Assembly (NCBI GenBank): GCA_963840455.1
Contig: CAWIYV010000004.1
Location: forward strand, 42,770-74,769
Length of the DNA stretch: 32,000 bases
Direction of reading: 5' to 3'
From: Nitrospirota bacterium
GTDB lineage: Bacteria > Nitrospirota > UBA9217
The position numbers and the translations under genes are program-made. Shown one piece after another: positions 17,371 through 27,176 of this stretch (position 1 is the stretch's first letter; the number at the start of each line of letters is the position of its first letter). The notes under the pieces are model-generated. The model searched no databases, had not been told where the DNA came from, and worked only from the letters and a program-made list of their open reading frames with translations.

Positions 17371-20300
17371 CGCTGTTGATACTCCTGAATGGATCGTACC
17401 TGGATCTGTTTCGCCTTGAGGGCCTCGATGCCGCGCACCGCCGCCTTGGCGGCGGACATGGTCGTAAAATACGGGATGCCCTGCGTCAGGGTCGTACGCC
17501 GTATCGAGTAGGAGTCCTTCTGGGACTCCGCTCCGTACACCGTGTTGATCACCAGGTCAACCTGCCGGTCCTTGATGCTGTCGACGATGTGAGGACGGCC
17601 TTCGAACACCTTGTTCACCGTCTCGACGGCGACGCCGCGCTTGGTGAGGTACTCGGCCGTTCCGCGCGTGGCAACCAGCGAGAAGCCGGCCCTCTCGAGG
17701 CCCGAGGCGACCTCATAGGCCGCTGGTTTGTCCTTGTCCTTCACGCTGATGAAGACCCTGCCCGAGGTCGGCATGGGGTTCCCCGCCGCGATCTGGGACT
17801 TGGCGAAGGACATGCCGAAGTCCGTGTCGATGCCCATCACCTCGCCGGTGGATTTCATCTCCGGGCCGAGCAGTGTGTCCACACCCGGGAACTTGGCGAA
17901 GGGAAAGACCGCTTCCTTCACCGCCACATGCTTGATGTTCACGCTCTCCGTGAACCCGATCTCGGCCAGCGTCTTTCCCGCCATGACCCGTGCCGCGAGC
18001 TTCGCAAGCGGCACCCCGATGGCCTTGCTCACGAAGGGCACGGTCCGGGAGGCCCGGGGGTTGACTTCCAGGACGTAGATGAGGCGGTCCTTTACTGCAA
18101 ACTGGATGTTCATGAGCCCGACGACCTTCAGGTCCAGCGCGAGCGCTGTCGTCTGCCGGGCGATCTCCGCGATGATGTCCTTCGGCAGGGAGAAGGGCGG
18201 AAGCGAGCAGGCAGAGTCGCCCGAATGCACCCCGGCCTCCTCGATGTGCTCCATGATGCCGGCGACCACGACGGTTGTGCCGTCCGAGATCGCATCCACG
18301 TCGATCTCCACGGCATCCTCGAGGTAGCGGTCGACCAGCACCGGACGGTCCGGCGAGGCCTTCACCGCCCGGGTCATGTAGTTCCTGATGCTCTCCTCGT
18401 CGTAGACGATCTCCATGGCCCGGCCGCCGAGCACATAGGACGGCCGCACCATGACCGGGTAACCGATGCTGTTCGCGGCGTCCACGGCCTCATCGCACGA
18501 AACCGCCGTGCCGCTCTCGGCCTGGCGCAGGCCCAGCCGGTCCAGGAGCTCCTTGAACCGCTTCCGGTCCTCGGCACGGTCGATGCTGTCAGGCGACGTG
18601 CCCAGGATGCGCACGCCGAGCCGTTCCAGCGGCACCGCGAGCTTGAGCGGTGTCTGGCCGCCGAACTGAACGATGACGCCCATGGGCTTCTCGCGCTTTA
18701 TAATATGGTAAACATCCTCGAGAGTCAAGGGTTCGAAGTACAGGCGGTCCGAGGTATCGTAGTCCGTGCTCACGGTCTCGGGGTTGCAGTTCACCATGAT
18801 GGTCTCGTACCCGTCGTCCTTGAGGGCGAAGGCCGCGTGCACACAGCAATAGTCGAACTCGATGCCCTGGCCGATGCGATTCGGCCCGCCTCCCAGGATG
18901 ATGACCTTCTTCCGGTCCGTAGGCTCCGCCTCGCACTCGGCCGTTCCCTGCCCCTGCTGTTCCTGGCTCCCGGCCCCTGGACCTGGGACCCTGAAGAACG
19001 GCTTCTCATAGGTCGAATACAAATACGGAGTGTGCGCAACGAACTCGGCGGCGCAGGTGTCCACCTTCTTGAACACCGGAATGATGCCCATCTCCGTCCG
19101 GGCCTTGCGGACAGCGTCCTCGGTGGCGGTGATCAGCTTCGCGATCCGCCGATCTGAGAAGCCATACTCCTTGGCCATGCGGAGCGGATGATCGAGCGCG
19201 GGGATGCCGTTCGAGAGTATGCTCGCCCCGTTCTTTTTGATCTCCATTTCCCTATCAGTGATCTGTTTGATCTGGTGCAGGAACCAGGGGTCGATCTTCG
19301 AGAGGTTGAATATCTCGTCCACGGTCATTCCGGCGCGGAACCCGTCGGCAATGTACCAGAGCCGTTCCCAGTTCGGCACACTGATCTTTTGCCGGATGTC
19401 TGCGATCCCGTGCTCGATGTCGCCGTCGCGTTCGCGACGCGATTCGAGGCCGTAACGGTCGATCTCGAGGGAGCGGAGCGCCTTCTGGAGGGACTCCTTG
19501 AAGGTCCTGCCGATGGACATGGCCTCGCCCACGGACTTCATCTGCGTGGTCAGCGTGGCATCGGCCTGGGGGAACTTCTCGAAGGCGAAGCGGGGAAACT
19601 TCGTTACCACGTAGTCGATGGTCGGCTCGAAGGACGCAGGCGTGGCCTTGGTGATGTCGTTCAGGATCTCGTCGAGCGTGTACCCGACGGCGAGCTTGGC
19701 CGCGAACTTGGCGATCGGGAAGCCCGTGGCCTTGGAGGCCAGCGCGGAGCTCCGGGAAACGCGGGGGTTCATCTCGATCACGATCATCCTTCCGTTCTTC
19801 GGATCGACGGCGAACTGGATGTTCGACCCACCCGTATCCACACCGATCTCCCGGATGATCTTCAGCGACGCGTCGCGCATGATCTGGTACTCTTTGTCGG
19901 TCAGCGTCTGGGCCGGCGCCACGGTTATGCTGTCTCCGGTATGGATGCCCATGGGGTCGAGGTTCTCGATGGAGCAGACGATCACCACGTTGTCCTTGGC
20001 GTCGCGCATCACCTCGAGCTCGTACTCCTTCCAGCCGACCACGGATTCCTCGACCAGCACCTGGCGGACCGGGCTCGCGTCCAGTCCGCGGTTGATCAGT
20101 TCGGTGAACTCTTCCCGATTATAGGCGATGCCGCCTCCCGTGCCGCCGAGGGTGAAGGCAGGCCGGAGGATGGTCGGGAAGCCGACCTGTTCGAGGATCT
20201 CATAGGCCGTCTCCATGCTTGTGGCGAAACCGCTCTTGGGCACCAAAAGTCCGATGGCCTCCATGGCCGTCTTGAAGAGCTCGCGGTCCTCGGCCTTCTT

Positions 20301-20669
20301 GATGGCAGGGAGCTTGGCGCCGATGAGCTCGACCTTGTATTTCTCCAGCACGCCGGTCTCGGCAAGCGCGACCGCAGTGTTCAGTGCGGTCTGGCCGCCC
20401 ATGGTCGGCAGCAATGCGTCGGGCCGCTCGCGTTCGATGATCTTCTCGACGACGGCGGGAGTGATGGGCTCGATATACGTGCGGTGCGCCATCTCCGGAT
20501 CTGTCATGATCGTGGCCGGGTTCGAGTTTACCAGGACGATCTCGTAGCCCTCTTCCTTCAGCGCCTTGCAGGCCTGCACGCCTGAATAGTCGAACTCGCA
20601 GGCCTGGCCGATCACGATCGGCCCTGCGCCGATGATCAGGATCTTTTTGATGTCGGTTCGTTTCGGCAT
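17367..20669 (-). CDS. carB: Carbamoyl-phosphate synthase large subunit
   Basis: [44 protein letters not shown], two ATP-grasp halves, [23 protein letters not shown]-terminal MGS-like domain; 1100 aa. Confidence 0.98.
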   Translation of the reverse strand: MPKRTDIKKILIIGAGPIVIGQACEFDYSGVQACKALKEEGYEIVLVNSNPATIMTDPEMAHRTYIEPITPAVVEKIIERERPDALLPTMGGQTALNTAVALAETGVLEKYKVELIGAKLPAIKKAEDRELFKTAMEAIGLLVPKSGFATSMETAYEILEQVGFPTILRPAFTLGGTGGGIAYNREEFTELINRGLDASPVRQVLVEESVVGWKEYELEVMRDAKDNVVIVCSIENLDPMGIHTGDSITVAPAQTLTDKEYQIMRDASLKIIREIGVDTGGSNIQFAVDPKNGRMIVIEMNPRVSRSSALASKATGFPIAKFAAKLAVGYTLDEILNDITKATPASFEPTIDYVVTKFPRFAFEKFPQADATLTTQMKSVGEAMSIGRTFKESLQKALRSLEIDRYGLESRRERDGDIEHGIADIRQKISVPNWERLWYIADGFRAGMTVDEIFNLSKIDPWFLHQIKQITDREMEIKKNGASILSNGIPALDHPLRMAKEYGFSDRRIAKLITATEDAVRKARTEMGIIPVFKKVDTCAAEFVAHTPYLYSTYEKPFFRVPGPGAGSQEQQGQGTAECEAEPTDRKKVIILGGGPNRIGQGIEFDYCCVHAAFALKDDGYETIMVNCNPETVSTDYDTSDRLYFEPLTLEDVYHIIKREKPMGVIVQFGGQTPLKLAVPLERLGVRILGTSPDSIDRAEDRKRFKELLDRLGLRQAESGTAVSCDEAVDAANSIGYPVMVRPSYVLGGRAMEIVYDEESIRNYMTRAVKASPDRPVLVDRYLEDAVEIDVDAISDGTTVVVAGIMEHIEEAGVHSGDSACSLPPFSLPKDIIAEIARQTTALALDLKVVGLMNIQFAVKDRLIYVLEVNPRASRTVPFVSKAIGVPLAKLAARVMAGKTLAEIGFTESVNIKHVAVKEAVFPFAKFPGVDTLLGPEMKSTGEVMGIDTDFGMSFAKSQIAAGNPMPTSGRVFISVKDKDKPAAYEVASGLERAGFSLVATRGTAEYLTKRGVAVETVNKVFEGRPHIVDSIKDRQVDLVINTVYGAESQKDSYSIRRTTLTQGIPYFTTMSAAKAAVRGIEALKAKQIQVRSIQEYQQR

Positions 20670-20705
20670 TCACATACCTCACAAAAAAAATTCTAAACCT
20701 TTTTT

Positions 20706-20790
20706 AACGCAGAGGACGCCGAGTACGCGGAGAAGTGCCATGCCAATTCAAGGCTGTTCTTACCTCTGCGACCTCCGCGATCTCTGCGGT
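20706..20790. repeat. Inverted-pair NNCGCNGAG element, copy B (strict)
   Basis: Left arm 20706-20732 AACGCAGAG-GACGCCGAG-TACGCGGAG; right arm 20764-20790, reverse complement ACCGCAGAG-ATCGCGGAG-GTCGCAGAG; 31-nt centre. Confidence 0.9.
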
Positions 20791-20799
20791 GAAATTTAA

Positions 20800-21705
20800 T
20801 CACTCGAAGTTCTGCACCCAGCCGTTCTTCAATCCATACTTCATCTTGATGTCGTAGGCCTCGTCGTATTCTTGTTCACTGATCCGGCGGTTGATCTCGG
20901 GATGTTCCGCGGACTTGAACGCCGGAAAGTACTGCGACATGAGGCTGATGTACACATCTGCGGAGATCTCCGTTGCCAGGAATTTCATCACGGCTTCGGT
21001 CCCTGCCACACCATGGGGAAGCACCAGGTGCCTGACCAGGAGTCCGCGCTGCGCGATCCCGTGCTCATCCATGACCAGATTCCCTACCTGCCGGTACATC
21101 TCCTTGACCGCTGCCCGGTTCACCTCGACATAGTGCGGGGCCACGGAGTATCGCACGGCGGCCGCATTATCAGAGTACCGCATGTCCGGCATGTAGATAT
21201 CCACGATGCCGTCGAGCAGCTTGAGCATCTCCACGGAATCGTATCCGCTCGTGTTGTACACGATGGGCAGGTCGAAGCCCCGCTCCCGCGCGATGCCCAC
21301 CGCCTTCAGGATCTGGGGGACATAGTGCGTCGGGGTCACAAGGTTCAGGTTGTGGCAGCCCTGCTCCTGCATCCAGAGCATCTGGCAGGCCAGTTCCCCC
21401 GGCGTCCGCTCGGTGCCGTGTCCCATCTGGCTGATGGGATAGTTCTGGCAGTAGATGCAGCGGAGATTGCAGTTCGTGAAAAAGATCGTGCCCGAGCCTT
21501 TGATGCCCGAGAGCGGCGGTTCCTCGCCGTGGTGCGGGCTGACGCTCGCGATGGCCGGGTTGAGCCCCGAGCGGCAGAAGCCCAGCCTGCTGTCCTCGAG
21601 CCGGTTCACCCCGCACTCCCGGGGGCAGACAGTGCATTCCTCGAGATGACGGTACGCCGCCTCGATCCGAAGTTCCAGTTCTTCTTTTGAGATAACAACT
21701 GCCAC
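20800..21705 (-). CDS. Radical SAM protein, pyruvate formate-lyase-activating-enzyme-like (PflX/COG1313 type)
   Basis: GTIFFTNCNLRCIYCQNYPISQ (CX3CX2C), ECTVCPRECGVNR. ORF opens at TTG 21756 but its first codons fall in repeat copy C; GTG 21705 with GAAGAAGG upstream is preferred. Confidence 0.85.
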   Translation of the reverse strand: MAVVISKEELELRIEAAYRHLEECTVCPRECGVNRLEDSRLGFCRSGLNPAIASVSPHHGEEPPLSGIKGSGTIFFTNCNLRCIYCQNYPISQMGHGTERTPGELACQMLWMQEQGCHNLNLVTPTHYVPQILKAVGIARERGFDLPIVYNTSGYDSVEMLKLLDGIVDIYMPDMRYSDNAAAVRYSVAPHYVEVNRAAVKEMYRQVGNLVMDEHGIAQRGLLVRHLVLPHGVAGTEAVMKFLATEISADVYISLMSQYFPAFKSAEHPEINRRISEQEYDEAYDIKMKYGLKNGWVQNFE

Positions 21706-21721
21706 GGCCGAGCCTTCTTCA

Positions 21722-21798
21722 GCCACCGAGGTCACCGGGGTCACCGAGAAATTCAACGCGAGTGATTTTCTCTGTGTCCTCTGAGCGCTCTCTGCGGC
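21722..21798. repeat. Inverted-pair NNCRCNGAG element, copy C (variant)
   Basis: Left arm 21722-21748 GCCACCGAG-GTCACCGGG-GTCACCGAG; right arm 21770-21798, reverse complement GCCGCAGAG-AGCGCTCAGAG-GACACAGAG. Confidence 0.7.
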
Positions 21799-21807
21799 AA
21801 GGAGAAT

Positions 21808-22926
21808 TTATTTATGTTTTTCCATCATGTCCACAAAACGCTGGAACAGGTACCTGCTGTCGTGCGGTCCCGGCGACGACTCGGGGTGGTACTGGACGGA
21901 GAAGGCCGGCAGGGTCTTGTGCTGGATGCCCTCGCACGTCCTGTCGTTCAGGTTCATGTGGGTCATCTCCACGTGTTCCTTCACCGACTCCATGTCCACG
22001 GCGAAGCCATGGTTCTCGGCTGCGATCTCGACCTTGCGCGTCGTCAGGTCCATGATCGGCTGATTCCCGCCGCGGTGGCCGAACTTGAGCTTGTAGGTCC
22101 TCCCGCCGAGCGCCAGGCCCAGGAGCTGCTGGCCCAGGCAGATGCCGAAGATCGGTTTCTTGCCGAGGATCTTCTTGATGTTCTCGATGGCATAGGTCAC
22201 CGGCTCAGGATCTCCCGGACCATTCGAGAGAAACACCCCGTCTGGCTGCATGGCGAGCACCTCTTCCGCCGGCATGGTGGCAGGCACTACGGTGACATCG
22301 CAGCCCGCGCTCGTGAGCAGCCGCAGGATGTTCCGCTTGATGCCATAGTCGTAGGCCACGACCTTGTACCGCGACAGGGACTTCTTTCCGTAGCCGGTCT
22401 CGAGATCCCAGATGCCTTCGTCCCAGGCGTAAGGTTTTTTGCATGTAACGTCCTTTGCAAGGTCGAGTCCGTTCATCTTCGGCAGTTTCTTTGCTTTGGC
22501 GAATAAGCTCCCCGGGTCCAGGTCCTTCGTCGAGATGATCCCTGGCTGGGCGCCCACGTCGCGGATATGGCGCGTCAGTGCCCGCGTGTCGATGCCCTGG
22601 ATTCCTGCGATCTGATGCGCCTTCAGATAGGCGTCGAGCGATCGCTTCATCCGCCAGTTGCTCGGGAAGTCCAGGTACTCCTTCACGATGAACCCTTCCA
22701 CCTGTGGTTTCCCGGACTCCACGTCCTCGTCGTTCGTGCCATAGTTCCCGATCTGGGGATAGGTCATGGTGACGATCTGGCCCTTGTACGACGGGTCCGT
22801 CAGGATCTCCTGGTATCCCGTCATGCTGGTGTTGAAGACCACCTCGCCCGTGGCCTCGCCTTCCGCCCCGAAGGAGGAGCCTTCGAACACCATGCCGTCT
22901 GCCAATGCAAGGATCGCTTTTTTCAT
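21808..22926 (-). CDS. carA: Carbamoyl-phosphate synthase small subunit
   Basis: [41 protein letters not shown], class I amidotransferase [31 protein letters not shown]. Confidence 0.98.
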   Translation of the reverse strand: MKKAILALADGMVFEGSSFGAEGEATGEVVFNTSMTGYQEILTDPSYKGQIVTMTYPQIGNYGTNDEDVESGKPQVEGFIVKEYLDFPSNWRMKRSLDAYLKAHQIAGIQGIDTRALTRHIRDVGAQPGIISTKDLDPGSLFAKAKKLPKMNGLDLAKDVTCKKPYAWDEGIWDLETGYGKKSLSRYKVVAYDYGIKRNILRLLTSAGCDVTVVPATMPAEEVLAMQPDGVFLSNGPGDPEPVTYAIENIKKILGKKPIFGICLGQQLLGLALGGRTYKLKFGHRGGNQPIMDLTTRKVEIAAENHGFAVDMESVKEHVEMTHMNLNDRTCEGIQHKTLPAFSVQYHPESSPGPHDSRYLFQRFVDMMEKHK

Positions 22927-23023
22927 ATTCCACCTTCCCGCCTACCCCCCTGTCATCCCCCTTGGCAAGGGGGGAACGAGGGGGGTGCAATCCGCAATCA
23001 TTTTATATTGATAAACTTATTTT

Positions 23024-23109
23024 ACCGCTGAGCTCGCGGAGAACGCAGAGTTAATTCGTTATCTTGAATCAAGAATATATTTCTCAGCGCCCTCTGCGTC
23101 CTCTGCGGT
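23024..23109. repeat. Inverted-pair NNCGCNGAG element, copy D (strict)
   Basis: Left arm 23024-23050 ACCGCTGAG-CTCGCGGAG-AACGCAGAG; right arm 23083-23109, reverse complement ACCGCAGAG-GACGCAGAG-GGCGCTGAG; 32-nt centre. Confidence 0.9.
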
Positions 23110-23116
23110 GAAAGAA

Positions 23117-24013
23117 CTAGAATCTGTCTCGTATCTTGCCGTTCACATCCACTACTTCTCCGCTCACCTTTTCGCCGTCAACTGTCACATATACATAATG
23201 ATGGAATCCGCCGTCCTCGTCCTTCGCGTACAGCGGCGCTCCCCCGCCTCCGGCGATGATGTGGGGGATCCCGTCCACTGTTTTCCTGAGATACAGGTGC
23301 TCATGCCCCGCGAATACGGCCGTGACCTGGTGTTTCACAAAGAGCGCCTGCAGCCGGTCCCGGTCCTCTTTGTACCGGTCGAGGCTGTTCCCGTGATGCT
23401 TCCCTTTTCCCTTCTCGGGATAGAGCGGGTGATGGACAAAGACGAATGTATGCTTCTGCTTCGATGCGGCCAGGACCTGCTCCAGCCATTTGAACTGTTC
23501 GCCGGTGATCCGTTTATCCTCTCCCTTGATATAGGAATCGAGCACAACGAACAGCGAGTTCCCCCCGACGAAAGAGTAGTAGAGCTCGTTCCCGGGCAGG
23601 TCCACCTGCGCCTTGTAGATATCCTCGCTCCCCGCGACCTCCCCATGGATGTCATGGTTCCCCACCGTCAGGAAATAGGGAACAGCCACGCTCTTCGACA
23701 ACTCCCAGAACCGCTTCCAGTGTTCGATATTGCCCGGCTTGTCGATCTGGTCGCCGGTATTTACGATGAAGGCCGGCTTTCGTTCAAGCGCCGCAGCAAG
23801 CACCTTTTGATAGACCGCATCGCATGCCGGGTCGCCCGCGCGGTTGTCACCGAACACGACAAAGGAGAACTTCGAAGAAAGCTTCTCATGCGAGGCGAGC
23901 TTCTGCTGAAGCAGCTGATCCTGTGCCGCAATGCCATTCGTGATCGTTGCAAAAAAGATCAGAAGCGGTAGTAACGGTTTTATAATCCGCAATCCACGAT
24001 CCGAAATCCGCAA
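23117..24013 (-). CDS. Calcineurin-like metallophosphoesterase, exported or membrane-anchored
   Basis: VVFGDNRAG, NTGDQIDK, YFLTVGNHDIHG, GHEHLYLRK; N-terminal hydrophobic stretch. TTG start immediately after the pyrC stop, with GGAAGGAAG upstream. Confidence 0.88.
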   Translation of the reverse strand: MRISDRGLRIIKPLLPLLIFFATITNGIAAQDQLLQQKLASHEKLSSKFSFVVFGDNRAGDPACDAVYQKVLAAALERKPAFIVNTGDQIDKPGNIEHWKRFWELSKSVAVPYFLTVGNHDIHGEVAGSEDIYKAQVDLPGNELYYSFVGGNSLFVVLDSYIKGEDKRITGEQFKWLEQVLAASKQKHTFVFVHHPLYPEKGKGKHHGNSLDRYKEDRDRLQALFVKHQVTAVFAGHEHLYLRKTVDGIPHIIAGGGGAPLYAKDEDGGFHHYVYVTVDGEKVSGEVVDVNGKIRDRF

Positions 24014-25279
24014 TTAGATTCTTCCTTCCACAATCGTCCGCACGGCCTTCCCCTTCAATTTCCAGCCGTCGAACGGCGTGTTCTTCGACTTCGACAGGAA
24101 CTGCGAAGCATTCACGGTCCAGTCCAGGTCCGGGTCGATGATGGTGATGTCCGCTTCGGCTCCGACCGACAACATCCCGCCGCCGCTCTTGATGATCCGT
24201 GCAGGCGTCGTGCTCATACGGGTTATGAGGTCTGCCATCGAAAGGATGCCCTCCTGCACCAGTTTGAACGACAACCCGACGCTTGTCTCGAGCCCCACGA
24301 TACCGAAGGGCGCGGCGTCGAACTCCACCGACTTCTCGTCCAGGGCGTGGGGCGCGTGGTCCGTGGCGATCACGTCGAGCGTTCCGTCCTTGAGACCCTG
24401 CCTGATCGCCGCCACGTCATCGGCGGTCCGGAGCGGCGGGTTCATCTTTGCCATGGTATGGTACCCTCTCACTGCCTCGTCGGTGAGCGTAAAATAGTGC
24501 GGGCATGTCTCTGCGGTCACCTTGACGCCGCGCTGCTTTGCCTCGCGGATCATCCGGACGGAGCCTGCTGTGCTCACATGGCAGATATGGAGCCTCGCGC
24601 CGGTCAGTTCGGCAAGCTCGATGTCCCGGGCCGTCATCACGTCCTCGGCCGCGTTCGGAATGCCCCGGAGGCCGAGCTCCGTGGACACGAACCCTTCGTT
24701 CATAACGCCCTGTGCCGCGAGGCTTGCGTCCTCACAGTGCGAAATGACCGCGATGTCGAATATCGTAGAATATTCCATGGCTCGGCGCATGACCGCTGCC
24801 CTCATGACCGGTTTGCCGTCGTCGGAGATGCCTTTGCAGCCAGCCTCGTGCAGCTCGCCCATTTCGGCGAGTTCCTCGCCCTTTGAGCCTTTGGTGATGG
24901 CCCCGATGGGAAAGACCCGCGCCAAGGCCTTACTCGCCGCCTGGGAGAGGATGAACTCCGTCACCGACCGGGAATCGTTCACCGGGTTCGTGTTCGGCAT
25001 GCAGCAGACCGCCGTGAACCCGCCCGCCTTTGCCGCGGCAGTTCCGGTGGCAATGGTCTCCTTGTATTCGTATCCCGGCTCGCGAAGGTGGACGTGCATG
25101 TCGATCAAGCCCGGGACCACGAACTTGCCGCTCGCATCGATGATCTCTGCACCATTCGCTGGGAGTGAGCCCGGTTTGCCGAGCTTCGCGATCTTCCCGT
25201 CAGCGATGAGGAGATCGAGCTTCCCCTCCACCTTGTTCACGGGATCGATGATGTTGCCGTTCTTGATCAGTATATTCAT
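24014..25279 (-). CDS. pyrC: Dihydroorotase
   Basis: [74 protein letters not shown]. Start ATG 25279 ([13 protein letters not shown]). Confidence 0.97.
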   Translation of the reverse strand: MNILIKNGNIIDPVNKVEGKLDLLIADGKIAKLGKPGSLPANGAEIIDASGKFVVPGLIDMHVHLREPGYEYKETIATGTAAAKAGGFTAVCCMPNTNPVNDSRSVTEFILSQAASKALARVFPIGAITKGSKGEELAEMGELHEAGCKGISDDGKPVMRAAVMRRAMEYSTIFDIAVISHCEDASLAAQGVMNEGFVSTELGLRGIPNAAEDVMTARDIELAELTGARLHICHVSTAGSVRMIREAKQRGVKVTAETCPHYFTLTDEAVRGYHTMAKMNPPLRTADDVAAIRQGLKDGTLDVIATDHAPHALDEKSVEFDAAPFGIVGLETSVGLSFKLVQEGILSMADLITRMSTTPARIIKSGGGMLSVGAEADITIIDPDLDWTVNASQFLSKSKNTPFDGWKLKGKAVRTIVEGRI

Positions 25280-25294
25280 AAACACACCTTTTTC

Positions 25295-25379
25295 ACCGCA
25301 GAGCACGCAGAGGTCGCAGAGTTTGGACCGTTAAGATCGGACCTTTCTCTTTCTCAGCGTTCTCAGCGATCTCCGCGGT
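25295..25379. repeat. Inverted-pair NNCGCNGAG element, copy E (strict)
   Basis: Left arm 25295-25321 ACCGCAGAG-CACGCAGAG-GTCGCAGAG; right arm 25353-25379, reverse complement ACCGCGGAG-ATCGCTGAG-AACGCTGAG; 31-nt centre. Confidence 0.9.
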
Positions 25380-25385
25380 AAATAA

Positions 25386-26315
25386 TTAGTTTTCTGCTTT
25401 TGTCCCGCCCGACAGCAGGAACATCACCGCCATGCGGACCGCAACGCCGTTCGTCACCTGGTCGAGGATGACCGAATGATGGTCCGCCACGTCGGAAGCG
25501 ATCTCCACGCCGCGGTTCATGGGACCGGGATGCATCACGATAGCGTTCTGTGCCGCCTGCTCAAGCCGCGCCCGGTTGAGGCCGAACAGCCGCGCGTATT
25601 CCCGCACGCCGGGAAAGAGCCCCGCGGCCTGGCGCTCGAGCTGGAGCCTGAGCGTCATGATGACGTCGGCGCCCCTGACCGCTTCGTCCATGTCGTAGAA
25701 GACCGGGACCCCCAGCTTCTCGATGCCCCTTGGAAGCATGGTCGGCGGGCCGCATACGCGGACCTTCGCGCCCATGGTCGTGAGCCCGTAGATGTTCGAA
25801 CGGGCGACGCGGCTGTGCAGGATGTCTCCCACAATGGCCACGGTGACCCCCTCGAGCCTGCCGTGCTTCTCGCGTATGGTGAACATGTCGAGGAGGGCCT
25901 GGGTCGGATGCTCGTGGAACCCGTCGCCGGCGTTGATCACCGAGCTCTTAAGCCGCTGCGCAAGGTACTCGGGCGCACCCGAGCAGGAATGGCGCACGAT
26001 GATCATGTCGCTCTTCATGGCCTCGATGTTCCGCGCGGTGTCGAGGAGCGTCTCGCCTTTCACCACGCTGGAGGTCGAGGTCGAGATGTTGATCACATCT
26101 GCCGAGAGCCGCTTGCCGGCCAGCTCGAAGGACGTCCGGGTCCTCGTGCTCGCCTCGTAGAAGAGGTTGATGACCGTCTTGCCGCGGAGCGCGGGCACCT
26201 TCTTGATGTCCCGCTCCGATACGTCCTTGAACGTGGCGGCGGTGTCGAGGATGAGCTTGATCTCCTCCGCGGCCATGCCTTTGATCCCGAGCAGGTCCTT
26301 TGAGCTGAGCGCCAT
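25386..26315 (-). CDS. pyrB: Aspartate carbamoyltransferase catalytic subunit
   Basis: [25 protein letters not shown]-like [44 protein letters not shown]. Confidence 0.97.
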   Translation of the reverse strand: MALSSKDLLGIKGMAAEEIKLILDTAATFKDVSERDIKKVPALRGKTVINLFYEASTRTRTSFELAGKRLSADVINISTSTSSVVKGETLLDTARNIEAMKSDMIIVRHSCSGAPEYLAQRLKSSVINAGDGFHEHPTQALLDMFTIREKHGRLEGVTVAIVGDILHSRVARSNIYGLTTMGAKVRVCGPPTMLPRGIEKLGVPVFYDMDEAVRGADVIMTLRLQLERQAAGLFPGVREYARLFGLNRARLEQAAQNAIVMHPGPMNRGVEIASDVADHHSVILDQVTNGVAVRMAVMFLLSGGTKAEN

Positions 26316-26343
26316 GGCTTTCCTCTCACATCAACGGCAGTCT

Positions 26344-26427
26344 GCCACAGAGGACACCGAGCACATCATAGGCTGAAGAAAGCCATAAGATCCGATGTCG
26401 TTCGGCGACCTCGATGCTCTCTGTGGC
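26344..26427. repeat. Inverted-pair NNCRCNGAG element, copy F (variant) between pyrR and pyrB
   Basis: Left arm GCCACAGAG-GACACCGAG-CACATCATA (26344-26370); right arm 26401-26427, reverse complement GCCACAGAG-AGCATCGAG-GTCGCCGAA; 30-nt centre. Confidence 0.6.
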
Positions 26428-26467
26428 GAATTGCTTCGTTCTTTCCTTCCGCATTCCGAACCCGATG

Positions 26468-27013
26468 CTATTCTTCGAAAATGACGACCTTCTCCTCCAC
26501 CCCGTCCTCGGCGAGCGTGACCTCGACCTTTTCCCTGGACGAGGTGGGAAGGTTCTTGCCGACAAAGTCGGCCCGGATCGGAAGCTCGCGGTGGCCGCGG
26601 TCAACCAGCACCGCCAGCTGGATGCGCTGCGGCCTGCCATAGTCCATGATGCTGTTCAGAGCAGCCCGGATGGTCCTGCCCGTGAAGACCACGTCATCCA
26701 CGAGGACGATGGACCGGTCCTTGATATCAAAGGTGATGTCCGTAGCCTGGGGCACGGGCTGGGATTTCCGGGTGTTCAGGTCGTCCCGGTACATGGTAAT
26801 GTCCAGGCTGCCGACCGGCACCTCGACGCCTTCGATGGCCTTGATCTTATCTGCCAGCCGCTTCGCCAAATGCACACCGCCGCGCTGGATGCCGATGAGG
26901 CCGAGGTGCTTTGCGCCTTTATTCTTCTCCAGGATCTCATGCGCCACCCGGGTGAGCGCCCGGTCAATGGCCGGACGGTCCAGGATCAGGGCTTTCTCTT
27001 TTGTTGTGCTCAC
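26468..27013 (-). CDS. pyrR: Bifunctional pyr operon regulator / uracil phosphoribosyltransferase PyrR
   Basis: [39 protein letters not shown] (PRPP loop). Start assigned to GTG 27013, preceded by AAGGAG. Confidence 0.94.
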   Translation of the reverse strand: MSTTKEKALILDRPAIDRALTRVAHEILEKNKGAKHLGLIGIQRGGVHLAKRLADKIKAIEGVEVPVGSLDITMYRDDLNTRKSQPVPQATDITFDIKDRSIVLVDDVVFTGRTIRAALNSIMDYGRPQRIQLAVLVDRGHRELPIRADFVGKNLPTSSREKVEVTLAEDGVEEKVVIFEE

Positions 27014-27035
27014 CGTATTCTCCTTGAAAGGACAC

Positions 27036-27072
27036 AAAAAAACCTTCTCCCCCGAACATGGGGAAGAAGGTT
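27036..27072 (-). terminator. Intrinsic terminator / attenuator in the pyrR leader
   Basis: Minus strand AACCTTCTTCCCC-ATGTTC-GGGGGAGAAGGTT followed by a T tract ending at 27036, 23 nt upstream of the pyrR start codon. Confidence 0.85.
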
Positions 27073-27117
27073 GGCGTGTTCGTGATAAGACGTTCTCGTC
27101 TCGTTATACTTTTTCAT

Positions 27118-27145
27118 GTCCTGCCCTTTCTGGCCTCACAGGACC
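27118..27145 (-). promoter_or_regulatory. PyrR-binding hairpin (pyr anti-antiterminator-type box)
   Basis: Minus strand GGTCCTGTGAGGCCAGAAAGGGCAGGAC. GGTCCTGTGAGGCC fits the PyrR site consensus ARUCCNGNGAGGYU at 12 of 14 positions; closing stem GTCCTG/CAGGAC. Confidence 0.8.
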
Positions 27146-27176
27146 AGACTTAAAGAGGATCGATTGATGCGGCGTT

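Noticed and set aside
17376-19157. 593-aa plus-strand ORF antisense to carB
   Set aside because: Complementary to a fully convincing carB; Arg/His/Gly-rich translation without domain signatures, typical of high-GC antisense frames.
19188-20585. 465-aa plus-strand ORF antisense to carB
   Set aside because: Same reason; mirror-frame artefact of GC-rich coding DNA.
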